From Candidatus Doudnabacteria bacterium (GTDB taxonomy: Bacteria > Patescibacteriota > Doudnabacteria > UBA920 > O2-02-FULL-48-8), in contig JACPFQ010000004.1 of assembly GCA_016182875.1 (NCBI GenBank), positions 183,556 through 247,555 of the forward strand: a stretch of DNA of 64,000 nucleotides, in the 5' to 3' direction. Within the stretch, counting starts at the first letter, position 1; every line of letters begins with the position of its first letter. The position numbers and the translations under genes were made by a program. Of this stretch, positions 38,611 through 48,204 are shown in pieces. The notes under the pieces are model-generated. The model saw nothing but the letters and a program-made list of their open reading frames with translations, had not been told where the DNA came from and ran no database searches.

Positions 38611-39987
38611 CTAGCTAATTGTGAGACATGTCGCAACAGCCTCGTCGCTTCCTTGCCTTAATAATCGCAATCTGGAACCTTGAATTTCTTTTTGCTGTTC
38701 CAAGCTGGTTATTTGCACATTAATCTTAGTTATCATAGTATCCTTCTTATTTCCAAAATTTCTATCCAAATGCTCCAATTCAGACTTATGGGTCGCAAGT
38801 TTTGTATTCAGTTCAGTTGTGTTCTTAGCCAATGTCAGTTCCTGCAAAGTATCAGCCCGTCTTGGCTTTTGACTACGAAAAAGTCCTATTACAAAATGTA
38901 AGATTAACTCTGCAACCATGAGTATGCCGAACACTATCATGGCCAAGGGTAGAAGGACTATCTTAAATGGCGTGAATATGAAATTGAAGCGATGCTCCGT
39001 ACGTATTTTATGTAAGATCAAGCCCACAGCGAATACCAAAGGCACGAACAGAATACGCAACAAGGCATCAATAACAACGCTTTCGTGCCCTTTCATTACA
39101 GGTACCAGAATCACAAGCACATAAGCTAACAACAACAGAAAACCTATACCCAAAATCGCATATAAGGTAAGTTGGTTAATCACATGCACAGAATTCCTGT
39201 AGCGCTTCTCAACGTAATTAATGAGAAAATCAACTAAGGTTACAAACACCAAAGCAATGATGGCGCTAAAAATATAGGCGGACTTTACTGCTATAAAACC
39301 AATCGTAATAGTGCTGCCCACCTGAACTTTCAATACGTCACTGAATATCGCATAGGTTATGAAAAAGTCTCCAATGAATAACAGGACAGCCAGGCCTAGA
39401 TAGAAGTAGTATAGGATGTCCATTTCAACATTCGCTAGTGCAGAGCTTAACTGATTTTTCGCCGCAGTTATAAGCGTGCCCCAACGATTCAAAGTCTTCG
39501 GCTGTTTATCAGGTTGTGCAATTGGGGCCTTATTATCTTGCTCCTGCTGTAATTTACGATATTCTTCCTGCCTTCGTGCCAGTTCCTTTTCGAGATCACT
39601 AATCTCACTAAGCAAATTCCTTTTATCTTCCTGGTGCTGATTCTCTAAGTTTGTCGTTAAAGCACTAATGTCCTGTTTGAGTTCCTTAATTTTTTGGTCA
39701 ATCGTCTCAATTTTAATTTCGCAGTCCTTAGTTTCATTGGAAAAACCTAAATCAAAGATTTTAGCCTGGACTTTTTTTATAACATCTTCCAAAGGTTCGG
39801 TTTCCGTTGCCTTCGCCATCTGTTTTTTCCAGTGATTCTGATTCTTTTTTACTATCTTCTTACCGACTCTGTAGCCAGTCTTGTAAGGATCAGTAGACCT
39901 GCCTGAAAGCCTGTAAAGTAAATACACGGTCACAGGGGCAACTGCTCCAACTAGAATAAGAATTAGGTTATTGCTCCAAGTTCCCAT
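38611..39987 (-). CDS. multi-TM membrane protein with N- and C-terminal coiled coils
   Basis: N-terminal TM, long heptad region, about 5 TMs, C-terminal coiled coil. Confidence 0.75.
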   Translation of the reverse strand: MGTWSNNLILILVGAVAPVTVYLLYRLSGRSTDPYKTGYRVGKKIVKKNQNHWKKQMAKATETEPLEDVIKKVQAKIFDLGFSNETKDCEIKIETIDQKIKELKQDISALTTNLENQHQEDKRNLLSEISDLEKELARRQEEYRKLQQEQDNKAPIAQPDKQPKTLNRWGTLITAAKNQLSSALANVEMDILYYFYLGLAVLLFIGDFFITYAIFSDVLKVQVGSTITIGFIAVKSAYIFSAIIALVFVTLVDFLINYVEKRYRNSVHVINQLTLYAILGIGFLLLLAYVLVILVPVMKGHESVVIDALLRILFVPLVFAVGLILHKIRTEHRFNFIFTPFKIVLLPLAMIVFGILMVAELILHFVIGLFRSQKPRRADTLQELTLAKNTTELNTKLATHKSELEHLDRNFGNKKDTMITKINVQITSLEQQKEIQGSRLRLLRQGSDEAVATCLTIS

Positions 39988-40005
39988 AAATTTTAAAGGG
40001 ATTAA

Positions 40006-41229
40006 TTATAAGTTCTTGAACACCACCGTACACGGATTCAGGATTTTTTTATAAAATTTTTCTAAAGCATTTCTGTAGCTAAGATCACCCTTAAAATCTA
40101 CGCCGATAACAGCGAAAGTGTCCTTCTCACTTTTACAAAGGGCATTTTCCGTGATGAATGAACGGGAGCCGTTATTGTAATTTTCTAAAGCCCTATAGTC
40201 GGAGGGCCAAACAAAGGAACTGCCAAACGAAAACGCCCCGTCGTTAACCAACACATAATGATTATTATTATATTTATCCAAGCTGTTATCAAGCACCCTG
40301 GTTAAAAGTTGGTCCAAGAAAGTATCAGTATGGCAGTATCGGCTTGGATTCCCCAAACCTTTGCTATAAAATTCTTGTATTGCCTTGAAGACAACATCGG
40401 CATCGTTCGTAGTTACAACCGAACCATTTTGTGAAATGGCTGGCGGCATTCTTTCGCCTATTTGCACCAGTGCAGTTTTGTCCCTATTGGAATAGACAAA
40501 CTTCGCCTTGTATTCAGGATCGGTGTAATTAACGGTGAGCGTTTCTTTGCACGGATTATCTTGCTGCGCGGGGCCATATAGCCTCACAGTGATTACATCG
40601 CCAGGGGAGAGTGGCTCGTCCTCGGTCAAATATTCCTGCATTTTATTAAAAACAACATCGCTATATTTGATCTGAGCGCCGCGTTCCAGGTCTTGTCGGT
40701 CGAGTGAAGTTACCGAACCTGAAATATCCAAGGATAAGTCAAAATGCCTATTACGTTTATTTTCATTGAAGAGTGTTAGTGGAGTATCGTCCTTGCCATC
40801 GAACCTTTTTGCAAGGTCAACTATATGTTTCCTCAGACTGTTAGGCTCCTCTGTAAGTTTGGCCAGTGGATAAGTTTCATTACCGATCTTTATATACTTA
40901 CAATTCTCATCGCGACAATTTTCTACATTACTTTGATCATCTAGCGCTTCAATCTGAATCGCAACCTCTGCACGCACCCCCTTACCAATTCCTTGAATAA
41001 TTAAAATCAGAATCGGGGATACCATGATCAAAAGCAGAATGATAAAACCTCCTAATAATTTAGGGTTGAATTTGGCTTGAGCAGTATCTCGCTTGTTGGA
41101 TTTTTTCCTCGAACTACTTTCTGATAGCGGATCGAATAAGGATTGGCTAACATGGCTGTTCTTGAAACCGCAAGAATAGCAAAAAGTGTCAGATTTTTTT
41201 ATTTCCACCCCACAATTGAAGCAAAACAT
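40006..41229 (-). CDS. zinc-ribbon + TM + VWA-like extracellular protein
   Basis: CFNCG...CYSCG ribbon, TM, LDISGS (DxSxS) and LVNDG MIDAS-like motifs. Confidence 0.7.
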   Translation of the reverse strand: MFCFNCGVEIKKSDTFCYSCGFKNSHVSQSLFDPLSESSSRKKSNKRDTAQAKFNPKLLGGFIILLLIMVSPILILIIQGIGKGVRAEVAIQIEALDDQSNVENCRDENCKYIKIGNETYPLAKLTEEPNSLRKHIVDLAKRFDGKDDTPLTLFNENKRNRHFDLSLDISGSVTSLDRQDLERGAQIKYSDVVFNKMQEYLTEDEPLSPGDVITVRLYGPAQQDNPCKETLTVNYTDPEYKAKFVYSNRDKTALVQIGERMPPAISQNGSVVTTNDADVVFKAIQEFYSKGLGNPSRYCHTDTFLDQLLTRVLDNSLDKYNNNHYVLVNDGAFSFGSSFVWPSDYRALENYNNGSRSFITENALCKSEKDTFAVIGVDFKGDLSYRNALEKFYKKILNPCTVVFKNL

Positions 41230-41240
41230 AAAGGTCAATA

Positions 41241-41470
41241 TTATTTTAAACTAAGCTTACCAGTGACAACGTAATAGAACGCCCTTCTAACGCCTTCAAA
41301 AATTACGAATATGATCATGCCACCGACAACGAAACTAAAAACCCTTTGGTTTGAGTCTATAGTCGCAATTAGTAAATTGAATGTCCAGGCAATTATAAGA
41401 CATAAAATATATAGAACTTTCGCAAACTATACCAGGGCTTTTGTTCTAAATCTTCCTTAGTTAAATTCAT
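41241..41470 (-). pseudogene. small two-TM membrane protein with a 1-nt frameshift
   Basis: MNLTKEDLEQKPWY / FAKVLYILCLII...FEGVRRAFYYVVTGKLSLK*; the span is 230 nt, one short of an intact frame. Confidence 0.55.
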
Positions 41471-41481
41471 AACTTGATTTT

Positions 41482-42357
41482 TTAAGGCAAGCTTTCGCAA
41501 GCGACACCGTCATGATCGCCATCTAATCTGTCAAAATTATAACTTGGACTACCTCCACCCGCTTTAAAGTATGCCTGGGCTTCTGCCTGAGTCTTGAAAT
41601 CTCCGCAATCTCTGTCTTGACCAGTAATCGGAGGGGTTAAAACAGGCGCAGAACTGCCAGTTTGTGTACCTGAATCGCAAGCCTCATCTGCCCACATGCC
41701 GCGTTCTGCCGCTATAGCTTCCGCCTCCGCTTGCTTAAACTCACCTTGGTATTTGTAAGGCTTGTTGTAAGTGTATTCTTCGGCATAGCCAAGCCTGATC
41801 ATTTCCTTGCTAACATTCAGGTCGCCTACAAATACATATCGAAGCAAACGATTATATTTGTCCAGGTTGTCCTGGGATGAATCAGCTTCCAACTTAACCT
41901 TTTTGCCACTCATCAACTCCTTGGCTTTATTTGAAGCTTCGGGGCCAAAGCACTCTACAAGGGAATCGGAGTCAACTATTTCTGGCGTATCAAGACCAAT
42001 GAGCCTAACCCTCTGGATTTTATTGTCCAAGCTAATGTCAATGGTGTCGCCATCAACGACTTTGACTACTGAGTATAACTGACTTTCAGAGGTTTGAATT
42101 TTGTCTGGCATTGTCGACTCAGCTTGGGATTGTGAATCTTTTTGCTGTGAGTCGGATACAACTCCCTGAACCGATCCTTTTGGAGAAGCATTGGCGATTA
42201 AGATTACAAAAAATATAGAAGCAATGCCGAATGCTGCAGCTAACCTTTTACGCGACCATTCGAGCTTCAAAAGTCTATGAAGCAACTGCGGCCTAATCAG
42301 GCTCAACCCTAACCCAGCCAAAGAAGCTAACAGGAGTAAAACAAATAATACTTGCAT
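41482..42357 (-). CDS. membrane-anchored thermonuclease (SNase-like) with a C-terminal Excalibur Ca-binding domain
   Basis: VVDGDTI, VRLIGLDTPE, DKYNRLLRYV, DRDCGDF...LDGDHDGVACESLP. Confidence 0.9.
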   Translation of the reverse strand: MQVLFVLLLLASLAGLGLSLIRPQLLHRLLKLEWSRKRLAAAFGIASIFFVILIANASPKGSVQGVVSDSQQKDSQSQAESTMPDKIQTSESQLYSVVKVVDGDTIDISLDNKIQRVRLIGLDTPEIVDSDSLVECFGPEASNKAKELMSGKKVKLEADSSQDNLDKYNRLLRYVFVGDLNVSKEMIRLGYAEEYTYNKPYKYQGEFKQAEAEAIAAERGMWADEACDSGTQTGSSAPVLTPPITGQDRDCGDFKTQAEAQAYFKAGGGSPSYNFDRLDGDHDGVACESLP

Positions 42358-42640
42358 ATAGTGAGTAAATTATATTCTCTTTTGCTTGGGCTGTAAATGT
42401 TATCGGCACATGAAAAATGCGTCATAAGTCAACACAAACCCCTTGCCCTGAAGAGAAATAAAAAGGCCCTACCTTCGAAAATCGGCGCAAAACAAGGGTC
42501 AGCGAAAAACCAATCATCCTGCTTGGATTTATGGATACCAATTGCTTATAGCAATTCTCGAAATTTAACACTTAGACAGGTTTAAGTCATTGTGCTAAAT
42601 TGTGGAATGTTCAAATACTGGGCTGTTTAGTCCACCAAGT

Positions 42641-42663
42641 AAAAATCCCTGAAAGGGATTTTT
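42641..42663. terminator. bidirectional terminator
   Basis: AAAAATCCCT-GAA-AGGGATTTTT. Confidence 0.7.
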
Positions 42664-43144
42664 ACTTATGTAATTGAGTTCTTATCTCAGTAGCTAATCG
42701 TTTCGAAGTATCCCAAATCACGGGCAGTTCCAGGTAGTCAATCAATATCGCCACCCAAGCCGCGATTAGGGGCCAGTGGAACAATTCAATGTGTGTCGCA
42801 AAGCGCTCAATCACCACCTCGTCTGTTATCCAAAGAATGTGAATCCACTGAACATTGAGGAACAAAAGGTAGAGGAAGTTTTTTGCGGTCCATCTTTCCC
42901 GGAGCAGGTGAATGTATAGGATCGAGGTAGAAATGATCGCCGGTATTTCTGAATAATCGATGAAAGTTGAGATTATCCCCCAAATATCAGACAGGCCAAA
43001 ATAGCTCTGCCCTGTGAGTTTTAATAGGACGACGTCGGTCAACATCCAATATAAGTGGAAAATTTGCAACAGGAATAACCCGGTTGCAACCGAGAGGTTG
43101 AGCAAGTAGTGGCGTTGATACCAAACCCAAAACTTGTTAAACAT
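42662..43144 (-). CDS. conserved hypothetical membrane protein
   Basis: Four TMs with repeated QIFHLYW/QWIHILW and DY.E.P motifs. Confidence 0.75.
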   Translation of the reverse strand: MFNKFWVWYQRHYLLNLSVATGLFLLQIFHLYWMLTDVVLLKLTGQSYFGLSDIWGIISTFIDYSEIPAIISTSILYIHLLRERWTAKNFLYLLFLNVQWIHILWITDEVVIERFATHIELFHWPLIAAWVAILIDYLELPVIWDTSKRLATEIRTQLHK

Positions 43145-43158
43145 AGTATAATCATAGC

Positions 43159-43845
43159 ATGCAAGAACGGCTTCAAAAATTTTTATCCTCGGCTGGCGTT
43201 GCCTCGCGGCGCGCGGCCGAAAAGTTGATAACTTCCGGCAAAGTTAAAGTTAACGGCGCAGTAATTACAAAGCTTGGAACAAAAGTTGATCCCGAAATCG
43301 ACCAAGTCTCGGTTAACGGCAAAAAAATCCAAAGTACGCAAAAATTGATTTACCTTGCCCTCAACAAACCCAAGCGGTACATGACCACGCGGTCTGACCC
43401 AGAACGCCGCCGCACCATTTATGATCTTCTGCCGCCTGATTTGAAAAATAAAGTCTGGCCGGTCGGTCGCCTGGACTTCAATACCGAAGGCTTGCTTTTG
43501 TTTACCAATGATGGCGAGCTGACCCAAAAGTTGACCCATCCTTCCAGTGAACATGAGAAGGAATACGAAGTAACCTTGGATAAAGAATTATCCGAGGGCA
43601 AAATGGAAAAAATCAGAAACGGAATGATTTTAGACGGCAAAAAGACCGCCCCTAGTCTAATTCGTACGAATGGTACCACAGTTTATCTCACCATTCATGA
43701 AGGCTGGAAGCGGCAAATCAGAAGAATGTTTTCATTACTTGGATTTACCGTGCGCAATCTCAAGCGGATTAGAGTCGGCAAACTGCGCCTGGGGGATTTA
43801 GAACTAGGAAAATACCGTTTGGTTAATTTGAAAGATATAATCTAA
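43159..43845 (+). CDS. rluB: rRNA pseudouridine synthase (RsuA/RluB family)
   Basis: S4 domain RLQKFL...SRRAAE, VGRLDFNTEGLLLFTNDG, EGWKRQIRRM. Confidence 0.9.
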   Translation: MQERLQKFLSSAGVASRRAAEKLITSGKVKVNGAVITKLGTKVDPEIDQVSVNGKKIQSTQKLIYLALNKPKRYMTTRSDPERRRTIYDLLPPDLKNKVWPVGRLDFNTEGLLLFTNDGELTQKLTHPSSEHEKEYEVTLDKELSEGKMEKIRNGMILDGKKTAPSLIRTNGTTVYLTIHEGWKRQIRRMFSLLGFTVRNLKRIRVGKLRLGDLELGKYRLVNLKDII

Positions 43846-43896
43846 TGTGCTATAATATATGAGTAAAAATCGCTATTTTAAGAAACAGAGGCCAAA

Positions 43897-44418
43897 ATGG
43901 ATTATCAGGCTTTAAGCGAAAGTCAGAAGAGGTTCCGAATATTCTTGGGAGCCTCTGCTTTTATTTTATTCCTCTCTAGCCAAGGCGCTTTCGCTCACGG
44001 TTTAGTTTATACTTTGGAGAAAGTGGAAGACGATTATCTTATTGATGTTGGCTTGAGCGGGGAAAATATTACAGCGGGCGACGCCGTCCGAATTAGTTTT
44101 GAGCTTTTTGATAATAAAACTAAAAATCCGGCTGAATTTGACGCGGTGTGGGTCAAGCTGGCGCAGGCGGACAAAGTGATGTTTATTGGCACTTTGCAAA
44201 ACGACTCTTCCGGCTTGCTGCGACCCATGACGTATCATTTTCCTTACGGCGGGGATTATGATTTGACTGTCCGCTATGAAAAAGACAACAAAAAATTGGC
44301 CGAAACAGTATTTAACCTCAAGGCGTCGGACGCAAACCAAAGCTCCAGGTTTGCACTTATGTCCGGCGTAGTTGGGCTCATTTTAGGATTTTTGTCAGCG
44401 TGGTTTGTAAAAAAATAA
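43897..44418 (+). CDS. secreted or membrane-anchored hypothetical protein
   Basis: Signal peptide ending AFA-H and a C-terminal TM. Confidence 0.65.
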   Translation: MDYQALSESQKRFRIFLGASAFILFLSSQGAFAHGLVYTLEKVEDDYLIDVGLSGENITAGDAVRISFELFDNKTKNPAEFDAVWVKLAQADKVMFIGTLQNDSSGLLRPMTYHFPYGGDYDLTVRYEKDNKKLAETVFNLKASDANQSSRFALMSGVVGLILGFLSAWFVKK

Positions 44419-44451
44419 AAGTAACGTAAAATTAATCGTATTGAACTAGTT

Positions 44452-45492
44452 ATGGAGAATCTTGACCAAAACCTGCCTTCGGCGGCCCCAGAAGCTTCAT
44501 TGCCCGAAAGCCAGATTCCTTCACCGCAGCCCAGTTCCAAGAAGAACTTGATTATCGGTTCTATTGCTTTGGCCCTGATTTTGTTGGCCGGCGGAGCGCT
44601 GGCTTATTTTTATTATCCGCCTTCTCCCGAGAAAGTCGCGGCTCGAATGGCGAAGATGGTGGCTGATGCCAAGTCCACGGACTTCAGCGTCAAAATGGAC
44701 ATGGAACTGAATGCCGCCCTGGCCCCTGAGTTGGGAGGCGAGAGCAGACAAGTCAAAATATCCGTGGAATTGGATGGAGCTTCGGATTCGTCTGACGCCA
44801 ATAATCCGAAGTTTTATGCGTTAACAAAAGTGTCTGGCGAAGCGCTAGTTATATCTGCAGATGTCAGGGTCATCGGAAAAGTTTTTTATATAAAGTTAAA
44901 TGAAGCTCCCTTCTTGGGCTTCATCGATCCGGGTCAGGTAAAAAACCAGTGGATAAAAGTTGATATTGAACAGCTGAATAAGGATTTGGGGTTGCCTGAG
45001 CAAAGCTACAAAAGCTTAACCGAAGAGCAAAAAAAACTGATTACCGCTCTATACGAGAATTCAAAAATCATCAAGCTAGCGCAGCGTCTAGGTTCGGAAA
45101 AGGTCAACGGGGCGGCTGCCAGCCACTATCGGTTCACTATCGATAAGCAGGAGCTTACGGCATTTATGCGCCGCACGATCGAGATAACCAACGAGGAGCT
45201 GACTGAAGAGATGAAAGCCGAATTCGAGAAAGCAATAGGCCAGCTTGAGTTTGAACCAGGCGAGATATGGATAGGCCGCAAAGATAATCTGCCGTATAAA
45301 ATCGTGATGGCAATGAACATGAACAGTTCTGACGAGAATCCCACGAGCGGCAAATGGACATTTATAATCAACTTCAAAAGCTTTAATCAACCCGTGGGCG
45401 TGGAAGCTCCTTCCAACAGCAAAAGTTTCAATGAGGTATTTGGTGACCTAATGGGGTCAATGAATGCGCAGCCGCCGATTCCGGTAAACTAA
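44452..45492 (+). CDS. membrane-anchored beta-rich protein (LppX/LolA-like fold candidate)
   Basis: Single TM, then E.VNG....HY, EIWIGRKDNLPYKI, FNQPV.VEAP. Confidence 0.65.
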   Translation: MENLDQNLPSAAPEASLPESQIPSPQPSSKKNLIIGSIALALILLAGGALAYFYYPPSPEKVAARMAKMVADAKSTDFSVKMDMELNAALAPELGGESRQVKISVELDGASDSSDANNPKFYALTKVSGEALVISADVRVIGKVFYIKLNEAPFLGFIDPGQVKNQWIKVDIEQLNKDLGLPEQSYKSLTEEQKKLITALYENSKIIKLAQRLGSEKVNGAAASHYRFTIDKQELTAFMRRTIEITNEELTEEMKAEFEKAIGQLEFEPGEIWIGRKDNLPYKIVMAMNMNSSDENPTSGKWTFIINFKSFNQPVGVEAPSNSKSFNEVFGDLMGSMNAQPPIPVN

Positions 45493-45515
45493 CGCGCGGC
45501 GGCATCAAGGGGAAA

Positions 45516-46727
45516 ATGAAACAAAATTCACAAGAAAAAAAACACATAGTCATTCTCGGCGGCGGCTTTGCCGGAGTTGCAGCTGCCTTGAATTTGTCAC
45601 AGTATTTGGAGATTGACGATGAGTATGAGATTATACTTGTCGATCGCAGAGATTATCAGCTTTATCACGCCGCGCTTTATGAAGCGGCGACGACCGAGCA
45701 CGGCTACGTCGAAGGAAAGAAGCTCAAGCGAACTTTAACTATCCCGCTTGCCGAGATTTTCGGCAAGACGAAAGTCAAGGTTTTCAAAGGCTACGTGGAA
45801 CGGATTGAGCTTAATGACGGCAAGGTCGTTACCGATTCCCGGATTATTTATTTTGATTATCTTTTGATTGCTTTGGGAAGTGTGGCGGATTTTTACGGCA
45901 TCGAGAGCATCGCACGTTTCGGATTCACTTTGAAAAGTTTGGAAGACGCGATAATGGTCCGCAATAGAATCGAGGATATAATCACCAAAAAAGATTCAGC
46001 ACTGATTGTCATCGGCGGCGGCGGGTTCGCGGGAGTGGAGTTCGCAGCCGAACTTCGCAATCTAATAAAAAAAGAATGCCGGCATCACGGGAAGCGCCTG
46101 GATAGCTTTAAAATTTTGATTATTGAGGGCGCGACGACATATTTGCCGGGTCTTCCCGAAAAAGTTTCTGCTCTAGTGGCCCGCCGCCTAGGCCAAATGG
46201 GGGTGGAAGCCCGATTTTCCACGTTGCTTACTGAAGCCGGCAAGGACTTTGTGCTGCTTAACAATAAGGAGAAACTGGAGTGCGATCTGCTAATCTGGAC
46301 CGGAGGCGTGCGGTCCTGCCGCCTGCCCGTGGACACGGATTTGGAGCGCGACAAAAAAGACCGAACCAACGTCACGGAATTTTTGAATCTCAAAAGTTTT
46401 CCGAATATTTTTTTGGCCGGAGATAATGGCTGCTTCATGGACCCAAAAACCAAAAAACCATTGCCCCAGACCGCGCAAGAGGCCGTTAATCAAGGAAAAC
46501 ACGCGGCCAAAAATATTTTCCGAACCATCAAAGGCAAACCTTTGTGGCCTTACCATTCCGCGTCTTCCCGATTTGTTATTCCGGTTACGGGCAAATGGGC
46601 GATTTTTTATACTCCGAATTTGGTCATTCCGGGCTTCCTGGGCTGGTTGATCAGACGACTGGCCGACTTGCGCTACTTTTTGTCTATTCTGCCCTGGCCG
46701 ACTGCCCTGAATTTTTGTCTTTTTTAA
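45516..46727 (+). CDS. ndh: NAD(P)/FAD-dependent oxidoreductase (type II NADH dehydrogenase-like)
   Basis: ILGGGFAG, DYLLIALGS, GGGFAGVEFAAE, IFLAGD, PQTAQEA. The frame continues NNIFTKND* past the TAA at 46725. Confidence 0.85.
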   Translation: MKQNSQEKKHIVILGGGFAGVAAALNLSQYLEIDDEYEIILVDRRDYQLYHAALYEAATTEHGYVEGKKLKRTLTIPLAEIFGKTKVKVFKGYVERIELNDGKVVTDSRIIYFDYLLIALGSVADFYGIESIARFGFTLKSLEDAIMVRNRIEDIITKKDSALIVIGGGGFAGVEFAAELRNLIKKECRHHGKRLDSFKILIIEGATTYLPGLPEKVSALVARRLGQMGVEARFSTLLTEAGKDFVLLNNKEKLECDLLIWTGGVRSCRLPVDTDLERDKKDRTNVTEFLNLKSFPNIFLAGDNGCFMDPKTKKPLPQTAQEAVNQGKHAAKNIFRTIKGKPLWPYHSASSRFVIPVTGKWAIFYTPNLVIPGFLGWLIRRLADLRYFLSILPWPTALNFCLF

Positions 46728-46765
46728 AACAACATCTTTACAAAAAATGATTAATAAACAAATGT

Positions 46766-47842
46766 ATGCCTAACACACCCTTGCCAACATTTGGCAACTT
46801 TGAGTTAGCGGGTATTGCAGTATTGGTTGCGGCCCTAGGTCTTTGGATTATTTATCGTTTTCTAGATAAGTTGCCGCGACCTAAGAGCAAACGGTTAACA
46901 GTGGGCCATGAACTTCGGCTGATTAAGCTCAATACGCTAATAATTTTTGCCGCACTTTTTTCGGCATCCTGGGACATTTGGTGGCATCGGGCGGTCGGGC
47001 GAGACTCACTATGGGAGCTTCCGCATATTTTTATGTATTCTCTGGCGACGATTGGAATTGCCCTAGGAATATACATTTGGCGTCATACTCGCGAAAAACT
47101 TTGGAAGAAAATGGTATTGGCATTGATGATAGTGCCACTGTCCGCTCCTTTTGATAACTTCTGGCATATCGTTTTTGGGGTAGAAGACTTATCGCGGCCG
47201 ATTAGTCTTTCGTGGAGCCCGCCTCATATGGCACTGGATATTGCGGTTATTCTGGTGTTAGCTTGTTTGCTGAAAGCCCTCTATCGCCACCACAAAGTTA
47301 AAGACCAAACTTTTTTTGGGACTTTGATTTTTGGAGCGCTTTACGTTCAAGCAACTTTCTTAGTTATGCCATTCCATCCGACCGAGGGATGGGGACAGGT
47401 TTGGGGATTTTGGGGAGCGGGACTGTTGGCATCTGTGTATATTTTTGTCCTTTTAATGGCTCAAAGATGGAGCAAAAGTGGAGTCGCGGCCATTATGACT
47501 TCGATTTTTGGGCTTCTGCTTATGATGACAGCGTATGGCAAAGAAACCGCGCCCCAGATTCTACTTATGCCGCATGACCGGGGCCCCAATTGGATTTATT
47601 TGTTTGCTTACATTGGAACCGCCGCGTTTTTGGATTATACGAGGTTTACGCACAACCTTTGGGCAAGGGGAGCTTTAGCCGGCGGCATTTGGTCGTTGAT
47701 TCTTTTCGGTTCATCATCAAGATTTTTTGCTCCCGAATTTCAATACGGCTGGCCAGAAATAATAATCGCAACTGTTTCGGGTTTAATCGGCGGTTGGCTG
47801 GCAGTAGTTTTGTACGATTATATAGAGAAAAGAAGAAGATAG
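46766..47842 (+). CDS. polytopic membrane protein with conserved His/Asp (WDIWWH, DNFWH, SPPH)
   Basis: About 10 TMs; motifs suggest a metal/heme-binding membrane family. Confidence 0.75.
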   Translation: MPNTPLPTFGNFELAGIAVLVAALGLWIIYRFLDKLPRPKSKRLTVGHELRLIKLNTLIIFAALFSASWDIWWHRAVGRDSLWELPHIFMYSLATIGIALGIYIWRHTREKLWKKMVLALMIVPLSAPFDNFWHIVFGVEDLSRPISLSWSPPHMALDIAVILVLACLLKALYRHHKVKDQTFFGTLIFGALYVQATFLVMPFHPTEGWGQVWGFWGAGLLASVYIFVLLMAQRWSKSGVAAIMTSIFGLLLMMTAYGKETAPQILLMPHDRGPNWIYLFAYIGTAAFLDYTRFTHNLWARGALAGGIWSLILFGSSSRFFAPEFQYGWPEIIIATVSGLIGGWLAVVLYDYIEKRRR

Positions 47843-48008
47843 AAATAAAATGCAAAAAATCGTAAGAAATTATTACCTGATGATGTCACCGTTTGTCGTC
47901 GGATATTTAATTTATGCTTTTAAAATTCATTCGACCCAACCCTTAATCATATTCCTTGTTTTTGGGATAGATGGTGATTTAAAAAAACCGGCGGTTAGCC
48001 GATTTTTT

Positions 48009-48179
48009 TTATGCTGCTATATCCAAGTCTTCGTACTGCTTGTATTGCTCGAGTAATCTGTCACGTTCCGCAGTATTACCTGAAGCTTCAGCCGCCGCAA
48101 TCTTCTGTAGAAGCGCCTGAGCAGCGGATTGCTTTTCTACTCGATCGCTTGCATCACCAATTTGACGTTCAGTTGCCAT
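48009..48179 (-). CDS. small hypothetical protein (not in the ORF track)
   Basis: 56-aa ORF MATERQIGDASDRVEKQ...EDLDIAA*, directly downstream of topA and followed by a terminator. Confidence 0.5.
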   Translation of the reverse strand: MATERQIGDASDRVEKQSAAQALLQKIAAAEASGNTAERDRLLEQYKQYEDLDIAA

Positions 48180-48204
48180 AGATTAAAGATTAATTAACTG
48201 TATT

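Larger units (their letters stand above)
38117..42641. mobile_element. AT-rich genomic island integrated at tRNA-Lys
   Basis: Direct repeat CCACCAAGTA at 38117-38126 and 42632-42641. The second copy follows a degenerate T-arm (GTTCAAATACTG) and precedes a terminator hairpin. GC is lower inside. Confidence 0.65.
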
